Positions 18,605 through 27,171 of a stretch of 64,000 bases of DNA are shown piece after piece; the first letter of the stretch is position 1, and each line of letters starts with the position of its first letter. Position numbers and translations under genes: made by a program. Location of the stretch: positions 331,739 through 395,738 of the forward strand of contig JBFWPN010000005.1 of assembly GCA_050249955.1 (NCBI GenBank), in the 5' to 3' direction. The notes below the pieces were generated by a model. That model saw only the letters and a list, made by a program, of their open reading frames with translations, searched no databases and was not told the DNA's origin. This stretch comes from Vicinamibacterales bacterium (GTDB lineage: Bacteria; Acidobacteriota; Vicinamibacteria; Vicinamibacterales; CAVVIG01).

Positions 18605-20170
18605 TCAGGCTGGACGGATCCGGAAATTCCGCATCATCCCCATGTCCTCGTGTTCGAGGATGTGGCAGTGATACAGGTACAGTCCCGGGAACTGGGAGAA
18701 TGTCACCTGTACCCTGACGGTCTCGCCTGGCAGCACCAGTACGGTGTCGGTCCAGCCGCGGTCGTGAATGCCCTCGCGCAGGGGGTTCGCGTCGGCGCCG
18801 TTCCGTGAGAGCACGCGGAACTGCCGGCCGTGGAGGTGAATGGGGTGGGCCATCGCCATCCCCATTGGGTTGGGCTGGTTCACGAACTCCCATATCTGCG
18901 TCGAGCCCGCCACGACCGTTTCGGCAGGGGTGACGGACTCCATGTCGAACGTGCGACCATCGATCAGCCAGTTCATCTGCATGAAGGTCAGCGGCACCCG
19001 ACGCACCGGTGCGTTCGGCGCTGGCTGGAAACGGTCCACGGTGAGCCGTGCCGGCGTGGTGTGGCGTGGCCCCTGGCGATTTGACACGCGCAGGGTGGCG
19101 AGCACGAGGGCGGCGCCCTGCGGAACCGGTGACGTTTCTCCCATCATGCCGGCCCGGCCGACCGCATCGGACGGGAAGGGCACGCTCTGCAACTGGAGGC
19201 TGGTGCCGGCGGCGACTCCGGACAGGTCGAGCAGGACGTCGGCGCGCTGCCCTGGAGCCAGCGTCATGAAGCGCTGGGAGACCGGCTCGCCGAGCAGCCC
19301 GCCGTCGGTGCCGATCACCGTGAATGGCGCCTGGTGACTCCAGGCCAGCTTGTAGATGCGCGCGTTCGAGCCGTTGAGGAACCGGACGCGATACGTGCGT
19401 CGGTCGACATCGACGGTGGGCTGCACCCGGCCGCTGACGAGCATGCGGTCACCAAGCCAGCCGTTCACCACCTCCATCATGCCCATCATGCCGCCGCGGC
19501 CCATCCCGCCACGACCCATGCCACGTCCCTGTCCGCCCTCGGCGGCGCCGCCCGCGTAGACGAACTGGTTGCCCGCATCGAACCGGCGGTCCTGCAGTAC
19601 GAAGAGCAGTTCCCCGTCGTCTGCAGGCAGGCTCAGCGCGCGTTCTTCCTCGTCTTCGACGACGAAGAGTCCGGCCAATCCGTGGTAGGCCTGATAGGCC
19701 GTGCGCATGTGGGGGTGCGGGTGATACCAGTTGGTGCCGGCCCGATTCACCACCTCGAAGTCGTATACGTACTCGGCGCCACTGCCGACGGCGAGGCGCG
19801 GATGTCCGTCGGCCCTCTCCGGCACGTCGAGCCCGTGCCAGTGCACGATGGATGGCTCGGGCAGTGCATTGCGGAATCGCACGCGCACGCGCTGCCCGCG
19901 TCGCACGCGGATCACCGGTCCGAGGTAGGAACCGGGAATGGCCTGCAGGGCGGTCGCCGGCCCTCGCACGACACGACCGGTGTAGGACCACAGGTTGGTC
20001 TGGGCGCCCGGCAGGATCGAGACAGCCCTCGGTGCGGCGGTCAGCTCCAGTTCCACGTCCGGCTGCGTGGCCGCCTGCGAGAGCGCAGGGAGCGGCTCGA
20101 GACCCGCCGCCCGCGCGGCGGAGAGGAACGGCGAGAGGGCAAGCAGACGGAGAATGTCGCGGCGCTGCAT
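18605..20170 (-). CDS. Tat-exported multicopper oxidase (CopA/CueO-like) with a Met/Gly-rich insert
   Basis: MQRRDILRLLAL (twin-arginine). Copper ligand motifs HWHGL, WYHPHPH, HPIHLHG and LYHCHILEHEDMGMM. Insert GGQGRGMGRGGMGRGGMMGMM. Confidence 0.85.
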   Translation of the reverse strand: MQRRDILRLLALSPFLSAARAAGLEPLPALSQAATQPDVELELTAAPRAVSILPGAQTNLWSYTGRVVRGPATALQAIPGSYLGPVIRVRRGQRVRVRFRNALPEPSIVHWHGLDVPERADGHPRLAVGSGAEYVYDFEVVNRAGTNWYHPHPHMRTAYQAYHGLAGLFVVEDEEERALSLPADDGELLFVLQDRRFDAGNQFVYAGGAAEGGQGRGMGRGGMGRGGMMGMMEVVNGWLGDRMLVSGRVQPTVDVDRRTYRVRFLNGSNARIYKLAWSHQAPFTVIGTDGGLLGEPVSQRFMTLAPGQRADVLLDLSGVAAGTSLQLQSVPFPSDAVGRAGMMGETSPVPQGAALVLATLRVSNRQGPRHTTPARLTVDRFQPAPNAPVRRVPLTFMQMNWLIDGRTFDMESVTPAETVVAGSTQIWEFVNQPNPMGMAMAHPIHLHGRQFRVLSRNGADANPLREGIHDRGWTDTVLVLPGETVRVQVTFSQFPGLYLYHCHILEHEDMGMMRNFRIRPA

Positions 20171-20241
20171 ACCGTCATTATGCGCCTGCGGCCGAGCTGC
20201 GGGCCGCTCATTCACGACTGCAGAGTGAGCCATAATTCGCC

Positions 20242-21675
20242 ATGCTCTGTCCGATTCGGCCCTCTCGGCTTTCTGCAGCCGCCATCCTCGCCACCTGCAT
20301 CGCCGCCCCGCTGCCCGCCCAGACCCGTCGCGAGCCGGACTGGCCCCGGTTGCGGGCCGAGACCCTGCAGCACTATCAAGCGGTGCTTCGCGTCGACAGC
20401 AGCGACCCGCCCGGCAACGAGAAGGGTGTCGTGGACTACCTGGAGCAGGTGCTCTCGCGAGAGGGCATCCCGGTGCAGCGCTTCGAGGCCGAGCCGAATC
20501 GCGTGAACCTGGTGGCGAGGCTCACGGGGACCGGGAAGAAGAAGCCGCTGCTGCTCATGGCCCACACGGACGTCGTCACCGTCGACCCGAGGAAGTGGAC
20601 GTTCCCGCCCTTTGGTGCCACGCAGGACGGCGGCTATGTCTACGGTCGCGGCGCCATCGACGACAAGTCGCACGTGGCAGCGTTCCTGATGACCATGCTC
20701 GAGTTGAAGCGCCTGGACGTGCCACTCGACCGCGACGTGATCTTCCTCGCGGAGGCGGGCGAGGAAGGGACGACCCGAGTGGGCATCGAGTACATGGTGA
20801 AGCAGCACTTCGCCGAGATCGACGCCGAGTTCTGTTTCGCCGAGGGCGGGACCGTGGCACGGTCCGGCGGCCGTGTCCAGTACGCATCCATCCAGCCGGC
20901 CGAGAAGATTCCGCATGCGCTGGAGCTGACCGCGTCGGGCGTGTCGGGCCACGGGTCCGTGCCGCTCGAGGGCAACGCCATCGGTCATCTGTCGGCTGCG
21001 GTGGCTGCACTGGTGAACTGGAAGCCGCCGATCCGTCTGAACGACACGACGCGCGCGTACTTCACGCGCATGGCGCAGATGACGGCGGGGGCGGAGGCCG
21101 CCCGCTACCGCGCCGTGCTCGAGCCGTCCTCGGCAGCCGCGCAGGAGGCCGTCGACCACTTCGCGAAGAACCAGCCGCGGTTCGCGTCGATGCTGAGAAG
21201 CTCGCTGTCGCCAACGATGATCCAGGGGGGCTACCGGGTGAACGTGATCCCGTCCGAGGCGAAGGCGACCATCGACGTCCGGTTGCTGCCGGGCGAGAGC
21301 GAGAGTGCGTTCCTCGCCGAGGTGCGCACGGTGGTCAACGACCCGTCGGTCAGGGTGGAGTGGGTGGCGCGGGACGTTCGTCCGCCCGCGCCCGCGACCC
21401 GGCTCGACACCGAGGCGTTCTCGTCGCTGCAGACGGCGGTGGCGCAGAACTACGACACGGTGCTGCTGCCGACGATGAGCACGGGAGCGACCGACATGGC
21501 GTACCTGCGGGACAAGGGGATTCAGTGCTACGGCACCGGTCCTGCGGTGGATGTGGAAGATGCGGCGAAGGGATTTGGTGCGCACAGCGACCAGGAACGG
21601 CTGCTCGAGGAGGAGCTGCACCGGTTCGTCAGGTTCTCCTGGGACGCGGTCGTGAATCTCGTGCGAGCACGTTGA
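20242..21675 (+). CDS. Secreted M20/M25/M40-family metallopeptidase
   Basis: Signal peptide, then LLLMAHTDVV, GRGAIDDKSHVAA and FLAEAGEEG, which are typical M20 metal-binding blocks. Confidence 0.8.
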   Translation: MLCPIRPSRLSAAAILATCIAAPLPAQTRREPDWPRLRAETLQHYQAVLRVDSSDPPGNEKGVVDYLEQVLSREGIPVQRFEAEPNRVNLVARLTGTGKKKPLLLMAHTDVVTVDPRKWTFPPFGATQDGGYVYGRGAIDDKSHVAAFLMTMLELKRLDVPLDRDVIFLAEAGEEGTTRVGIEYMVKQHFAEIDAEFCFAEGGTVARSGGRVQYASIQPAEKIPHALELTASGVSGHGSVPLEGNAIGHLSAAVAALVNWKPPIRLNDTTRAYFTRMAQMTAGAEAARYRAVLEPSSAAAQEAVDHFAKNQPRFASMLRSSLSPTMIQGGYRVNVIPSEAKATIDVRLLPGESESAFLAEVRTVVNDPSVRVEWVARDVRPPAPATRLDTEAFSSLQTAVAQNYDTVLLPTMSTGATDMAYLRDKGIQCYGTGPAVDVEDAAKGFGAHSDQERLLEEELHRFVRFSWDAVVNLVRAR

Positions 21676-21684
21676 GCCGGGCGC

Positions 21685-22596
21685 GTGCACGAACCGAGGG
21701 TCGCGTTCCTGTTCGTCGATGGGCTCGGGCTGAGCGATGCCCCGGAGAGCCCGCTGCACGCCGAACCGCTGCCGACCCTGCGGGCGCTGACCGGCGACTT
21801 CGGGCGCGCGGCGTTCGACCGCGAGGGGCTCGCGTATCGCGCGCTCGACGCCACGCTCGACGTGGAGGGGTTGCCACAGTCCGCGACGGGGCAGACCACG
21901 CTGCTCACAGGTGTCAATGCGGCGCGTGAACTGGGGCGCCACCAGGGCCCGCATCCGGGGCCACGGTTGCGGGCGCTGCTGGCTGAACAGAGCCTGCACG
22001 TGTGGGCGGCTGCGTGCGGCCTGTCGGTGCACCATGCGAACGGCTATCGGGCCGAGTACCTCTTGCGGGTGGGCGCCTCACGGCGGAACATGCTCTCCGC
22101 CTTTGCGATCGCCGCGCGTGCAGCCGGGTGTCCGCTGCTGGATCTCGCACACCCGGAAGCGCACTGGCCCGCGTACTGGTCCGACGCGCGTGCCGCGGGA
22201 CAGGCGCTGGCGGTCACCTCCGAGGCGCACCACCTCACCGTGCTGGAACACTGGGCGCTGGACTACGCCGGCCATCGCGAGCGCGAGACGATTGCGCTGC
22301 GCCTGCGTGAGTTGGACGCGTTCGTGTCCGGGTTCCTCGCTGCCGGCACCACCACCACGCTGGTGCTGACCTCCGATCACGGCAACGCGGAGGAGCCCTG
22401 GCATCACCAGCACTCGCGCAATCCGGTGCCGCTCATCGTGTGTGGGCCGGCGGCCGCGAGTGTGCCCGCGACGCTCGACTCGCTGACAGGCGTGACCCCG
22501 TGGTTGCGGGGGCTGTGGTCTGCCGAGTCCGTCGTCGGCGCCGAGCCCTCAGCGCTCGGCGGTGAAGGGCAGGTATCGGAGCCCGAACTGGAATGA
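21685..22596 (+). CDS. Alkaline-phosphatase-superfamily metalloenzyme (phosphomutase/phosphatase-like)
   Basis: VAFLFVDGLGLSD...QSATGQTTLLTG...LEHWALDYAGH...LVLTSDHGN fits the metalloenzyme (iPGM/phosphopentomutase-like) core. Specific function unknown. Confidence 0.55.
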   Translation: MHEPRVAFLFVDGLGLSDAPESPLHAEPLPTLRALTGDFGRAAFDREGLAYRALDATLDVEGLPQSATGQTTLLTGVNAARELGRHQGPHPGPRLRALLAEQSLHVWAAACGLSVHHANGYRAEYLLRVGASRRNMLSAFAIAARAAGCPLLDLAHPEAHWPAYWSDARAAGQALAVTSEAHHLTVLEHWALDYAGHRERETIALRLRELDAFVSGFLAAGTTTTLVLTSDHGNAEEPWHHQHSRNPVPLIVCGPAAASVPATLDSLTGVTPWLRGLWSAESVVGAEPSALGGEGQVSEPELE

Positions 22597-25500
22597 CGAT
22601 TCGCGGTATGTCTCGGACGTGACGACATCCGCGGTCGCGGTGAACGACAGCTGCCTGGTGAGCGGCAGGTCGGCGCTGAGCCGAGGGTGGTGGTAGAGCG
22701 TGCCGCGGTCGTCCAGACCCTGCAGGAAGCCGAACCGGATGGTCTTCTGGCGGTCTCCGGCAAACCGCTGCGGTCGGAGCATCCATGTGTATTCGATGCC
22801 CGCGTCCAGCCGCACGAAGCGCTCCGGGCTGAAGTACGCGGGTGACCGCTGCCCTGTGCGCGTGACCTGCGCCCAGAACAGGCCTCGCAGGGTACGGAAT
22901 CGTTCCGTGAGCACCGCGGTGGCCGATGCCTCGATGCTGTCGCGTCGGTTGCCATCCGACAGGCGGGTGTGTCCGAGGCGCAGCTCGGCGTCGCCACGCG
23001 GTGTGGCCCGGCGCAGGCCTGCGAAGGCCCCGGCCGTCGTCATGCCCATGCGGACGGTCTCGGCATTCTCCAGCCACGGCACGGTCTCCACGCCGCCGTA
23101 CGTGGTCAGGCGATCGGACAGGCGCAGGCGCGCGGAGACCCGCGAGTCCGGGCTCGTCTGGTCCGCAATTGTCCAGGCACCGGCCTGTGCGTCGATGGTC
23201 ACCGTGGATCCGACGTTGATGGACGCGGTTGCCGCAAGCCGATAGCCCGCGAGAGACAGACCGGGTGCCAGGGCCCGCGTCCGCTCGGCGCTGGCACCGA
23301 GGCGTGCCGAGTGTCGACCGCCGTGTGTGGACTCGTACCCCACGCCCTCACGATGCACATCGAGCAGGCGGGCGCCCTCGAAGCCCGAGGCCGACCGGCT
23401 GTCACCCACGAAGAAGACCTGGGGCCGGCGCGCGTCGAACTCCTGGCGGAGCGCCTCGGCCGCCAGCCGGTGACCCGCGCGCAGGCTCAGGTCGCGCAGC
23501 GATTCACGCCATGCCGCGGGCTGGCCCGCCGCGAGCATCGCCGCCGCACGCTCGAAGCGGGCTTCGCTGCTGTCGGGGTCTGCGGCGATCCAGTCGGTAT
23601 AGGCGGTGACCGCGTCGTGCCAGCGGCCTTCGAAGAAGGCCCGCTTCGCGCCGGCTTCGGCGACGATGGCCGCGTCCTGGGGATGGGCGCGCGCGAGGCG
23701 ATCGTAGTCGCGGATCGCGCGCGTGTGCAGTCCGGCCCACCCTTCGACGCGGGCGCGCTGCCGGTCGGCCTCGATATCGCTCGGTGCGTGAGCCAGGTAG
23801 GTATCGTACGCCTCGATGGCAGCGGAATGGCGGCCGGACCAGCCCAGCACGTCGGCACGCAACCGCAGCAGGGGGAGCGCGTTCGGTGCGGCCGAGAGGG
23901 CGGCATCGAGAGTGGCAAGGGCCCCGTCCCAGTCTTCGAGCGCCGCGTCGAGCCTGGCACGTGTCATCGCGAGCGCCTGCGTGCTGCCCGTGAACGGCCG
24001 GCTGCCGAGCGCCTCGAGCATGGCCGAGAAGGGTCGCACCGTATCCGCGCCAGCGGTGCGGACGAGGCCGGCCACGTGGTCGGCGACCGCCAGGATGACC
24101 GACGGGTGCCTGGACGCGAGCCGTGCGAGGCGCGCACACAGATCCGGCGCATCTGTGGGAGTGGTGGCGAACGTGGCCTCGACCAGGACGATCCACGCGT
24201 CGTGGTTCGATTCGTCGAAGGCGACCAGATGGGCCGACTCCCGAATCGCCTCGGCAGGCCTGCCGGCACGAAGCAGCGCGCTGGCGTACGCGGTGGCGAG
24301 CGGCTGGTGGTCAGGCAGACGTTGCCGTCCGCGGGCGAGTACGTCGGCGCGGGCCGCGGGCTCCTGCTCCAGGCTGGCCCAGGCGAGATAGAGGGCCGGG
24401 TCGTCGTGTTCGTCCGCAGCGGTGCGCAGCGTGTGCCGCGCGTCCTCGGTCATCCCGAGGTCTGACTGCAGGGACGCCTTCAGCAGGAGCGCGGTGCTGT
24501 CGGGGAGCCGCACGTCGGCCAGCGCCTCGAGGGCGCCCCGGCGATCGCCCGTGCGCTGGAGCGCCTGCGCCTGCAGGATTCGCATCTCCAGCGTCGGTGC
24601 CGGGAGCACCGGACTACGGAGCACGCGCACGGCGTCGGCGGCATGCCCACGACCGAGCAGTGCCCGGGCCACGATGACGTGTGCCGCCGTGTTGGCGCCG
24701 TACCCGGGGGTGCGAGCGGAAAGCACGGCGCCGCCCGGGTCTGGTCCAGTGAGCCACTCGAGCACGTCGAGGCGGGCCCGCAGGTCGATACGGCGAGGTG
24801 CGGCCGCGCTGAGCCGGCGCACGAGGGCGAGCGCCAGCGCCTGTTCGCCAAGCGCCTCATGTGCGGATGCCCGGAGTTCGTCGACACGGGCCTGCTGGAA
24901 CGGCGCCGGACCGGAGACGCCGCGCAGCGTTCCGAGGGCCGTACCGGGTTGTCCCAGTGCCATCGCGGCCTCGGCCTCGGCAACGCGGCACCACCAGGTG
25001 TCGATCGCACAGATGGCGGGCAGCAGCCGCGATGCGTCGGCTGCGTCGCCCTCCGCGCGCGCGAGTACGTAGCGGCGCACCATGACGTCGACCCACGCCC
25101 TTCCAGTGTGTTGGACGGTGCGGGCGAGCTGCCATGCAGCCCGGCGGCCTGCCATGGCCTGCGTGGCGTCGAGGCGGGCCAGGGCGGCCTCGGGGGTCAT
25201 GCGTGCGGGCTCCAGCCGATCGAGCGCGTCGAGTGCGCCGGCCGCATCACCGCGGAGCAGGAGCGCCCGTCCCCGGATCTCCTGGGCCACCGCTGGGCTG
25301 GCGAGACGATGAGCGCTGAAGGCCAGTGCCAGGTCGGTGCGCTCGGTGTCGAGCGCGACCGATGCGAAGTCGCGGATACGAGCGGCTGGCAGGTCAGGGC
25401 TGTCGAGCAGTACGGCGAGGAGGTCGGCCGCCCGATCGAGCTGGCCGGTGGTCCGCAGGGCGTCCACGAGTGCCACTCGCACCTCGAGGTCTCCGGGTAC

Positions 25501-26769
25501 CTGCTGGATGGCGGTGGTCAGGAGATCGATGGCTGGTGCCGACGCACCGGTCCAGTGCAGCAGCAGGCCGCGCTGCCGGTCGAGCGCGAGCGTCCGGCGC
25601 TGCATCCGCGCGAGTACCTCGAGTGCTGGGATGAAGCGGCTCTCGGCGACGGTCCGTTCGACCGCCCGCACCCCCCAGCCAGAGTCGGCGCAGGTGCGGC
25701 GCAGGGCGGCCCGGACGATCCGGTCGGTGCCTGGCGTGCCGGGGATCCGGTCGGCCAGCCCGAGCAGGTCGTCGCCGCATCCTGCCGTGGTGTCGATGAG
25801 TTCGTCGAGCAGCGTGAGTGCCGACCCCTCGCGCGCGGTTCCGAGGGCGTTACCGACGAACGCCAACTGCTCGCTGCGCGTGGCGCTGCCCGTTGCCAGG
25901 AGCGCCTCGTAGAGCGGCAGCACCTGGCGCGTGAGCGCGCCGCGCGACGCGAAGCCGAGCGCACGACGGAGCCACGGCGCCGCATCGGGACCGGCCAGCA
26001 GCGGGTCGATCGCGTCGAGCGCCAGGCCCGGCTGGCCCGTGCGGTCGTATAGGTCGACGAGCCAGCTGCGGACCAGCGTATCCTCCGGGTGTTCCCGCAG
26101 CCATTCGCCGAGCCGCGCCGCCGCGGCCTGGGGTTGACCTCCGAGGGCCAGCGCCTGTAGTTCGAGACGGCGCAGGTCGATGCGGTCGGCTACGGCCTCG
26201 CGGGGGACGCGCGTCCAGGCCTCGACCGCTTCGGCGTTCCGGCCCGACGCCGTGAGGGCAACGGCAAGATTCAGCCGGTCGTCCGCAACCGCATCGCGTT
26301 CGCGAGCCGCTGCGGCGAACGCGTCTGCCGCCTCGCTGAAGCGCCGCTGCCGAATGCGGCCCTCGCCGAGGTAACGGTACCAGCGTGCAGTGCCGGCGCG
26401 AAGCATCCGGCCCTCTTCGGCGAATGCTGCCGCCGACTGCTCGTCACCCTGGTCCAGTGCCGTGCCGATGGCTCCCTCGCGCACGCTGTCGGTGTCGGGG
26501 GCGCGGCGGAGGATGTCGTGCGCCAGGGCGAGCGCGCGCGCGGGTTCAACGGTCCGCAGCACCCAGAAATATTCGGCAAGCTCGGCGACCGTGAACTCGC
26601 GTCGGGCACGCGCCGCCTCGAAGTACCGGGTCGCCTGTGCCGGATCGCCGGCGTCGCGACGAACGCGCGCCAGGCCCAGGAGGGCCTCCGTGCGGACGTC
26701 GTCCTGGGCACGCACCGTTGTGGCGAGCGCCAGGACGAGGAGCACAAGAAGGACGACGCGGCGGGTCAT
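22549..26769 (-). CDS. Giant secreted TPR-repeat protein with a probable C-terminal outer-membrane beta-barrel (BcsC/PgaA/PelB-like architecture)
   Basis: 1406 aa. Signal peptide MTRRVVLLVLLVLALATTVRA. About 1000 aa of Ala/Leu/Arg-rich TPR-like helices. The last ~400 aa switch to alternating beta-strand-like sequence (e.g. LSLAGYRLAATASINVGSTVTIDAQAGAWTI ... SFQFGLRYLPF). ATGA overlap with the upstream gene. Confidence 0.7.
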   Translation of the reverse strand: MTRRVVLLVLLVLALATTVRAQDDVRTEALLGLARVRRDAGDPAQATRYFEAARARREFTVAELAEYFWVLRTVEPARALALAHDILRRAPDTDSVREGAIGTALDQGDEQSAAAFAEEGRMLRAGTARWYRYLGEGRIRQRRFSEAADAFAAAARERDAVADDRLNLAVALTASGRNAEAVEAWTRVPREAVADRIDLRRLELQALALGGQPQAAAARLGEWLREHPEDTLVRSWLVDLYDRTGQPGLALDAIDPLLAGPDAAPWLRRALGFASRGALTRQVLPLYEALLATGSATRSEQLAFVGNALGTAREGSALTLLDELIDTTAGCGDDLLGLADRIPGTPGTDRIVRAALRRTCADSGWGVRAVERTVAESRFIPALEVLARMQRRTLALDRQRGLLLHWTGASAPAIDLLTTAIQQVPGDLEVRVALVDALRTTGQLDRAADLLAVLLDSPDLPAARIRDFASVALDTERTDLALAFSAHRLASPAVAQEIRGRALLLRGDAAGALDALDRLEPARMTPEAALARLDATQAMAGRRAAWQLARTVQHTGRAWVDVMVRRYVLARAEGDAADASRLLPAICAIDTWWCRVAEAEAAMALGQPGTALGTLRGVSGPAPFQQARVDELRASAHEALGEQALALALVRRLSAAAPRRIDLRARLDVLEWLTGPDPGGAVLSARTPGYGANTAAHVIVARALLGRGHAADAVRVLRSPVLPAPTLEMRILQAQALQRTGDRRGALEALADVRLPDSTALLLKASLQSDLGMTEDARHTLRTAADEHDDPALYLAWASLEQEPAARADVLARGRQRLPDHQPLATAYASALLRAGRPAEAIRESAHLVAFDESNHDAWIVLVEATFATTPTDAPDLCARLARLASRHPSVILAVADHVAGLVRTAGADTVRPFSAMLEALGSRPFTGSTQALAMTRARLDAALEDWDGALATLDAALSAAPNALPLLRLRADVLGWSGRHSAAIEAYDTYLAHAPSDIEADRQRARVEGWAGLHTRAIRDYDRLARAHPQDAAIVAEAGAKRAFFEGRWHDAVTAYTDWIAADPDSSEARFERAAAMLAAGQPAAWRESLRDLSLRAGHRLAAEALRQEFDARRPQVFFVGDSRSASGFEGARLLDVHREGVGYESTHGGRHSARLGASAERTRALAPGLSLAGYRLAATASINVGSTVTIDAQAGAWTIADQTSPDSRVSARLRLSDRLTTYGGVETVPWLENAETVRMGMTTAGAFAGLRRATPRGDAELRLGHTRLSDGNRRDSIEASATAVLTERFRTLRGLFWAQVTRTGQRSPAYFSPERFVRLDAGIEYTWMLRPQRFAGDRQKTIRFGFLQGLDDRGTLYHHPRLSADLPLTRQLSFTATADVVTSETYRESSFQFGLRYLPFTAER

Positions 26770-27161
26770 GGTGCACCCCCGTCCGTGGATTGCAGCACGG
26801 CCTGGTAGCGCTCGTCTGCACGCCGCAGGTCGCCGGCGCGCCGGAAGGCATCGGCAGAACGGAGTGCGAGCGTGGCGTCGCCCGGGTCCAGCCGGACGGC
26901 GGCATCGAGGGCACGCGCTTCGAGGTCGAACTCCCCGAGCGCCTGGGCCTGCCGCGCCAGCAGTTCGAGGGTGTCGCGCGTGAGCTTGGGCCGGCGCAGC
27001 ACCTCGTGCGCGGCAAGGACGAACTCGTCCCGCGTGGCCGGGGAGGCCGACGAGGCATAGACGCGGTGGCGCACCGTCAGGAGGTCGCGGTACCTGACGG
27101 CGAAGATGGCCCCTTCGACGACGAGCCCGATCACGATGAGGGTGACGAATCGGCGCAGCAC
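26766..27161 (-). CDS. Small single-pass membrane protein with a TPR-like soluble domain
   Basis: GTG 27161 preceded by GAGGAGG (5-nt spacer). TM segment FVTLIVIGLVVEGAIFAV, then a helical repeat region (ARALDAAVRLDPGDATLALRSADAFRRAGDLRRADERYQAVL). High GC3. Confidence 0.6.
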   Translation of the reverse strand: MLRRFVTLIVIGLVVEGAIFAVRYRDLLTVRHRVYASSASPATRDEFVLAAHEVLRRPKLTRDTLELLARQAQALGEFDLEARALDAAVRLDPGDATLALRSADAFRRAGDLRRADERYQAVLQSTDGGAP

Positions 27162-27171
27162 GCGATCCTCC

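Noticed and set aside
20212-22035. 607-aa minus-strand ORF antisense to the M20 peptidase and the phosphatase-like gene
   Set aside because: No recognisable motifs and an Arg/His/Gly/Pro-rich composition. The plus-strand genes have clear catalytic blocks and better codon bias.
22549-22596. 48-nt convergent overlap between the phosphatase-like gene and the giant TPR gene (and a similar 41-nt overlap at 38839-38879)
   Set aside because: Probably just real low-complexity C-termini or slightly overcalled ends. There is no evidence of function.
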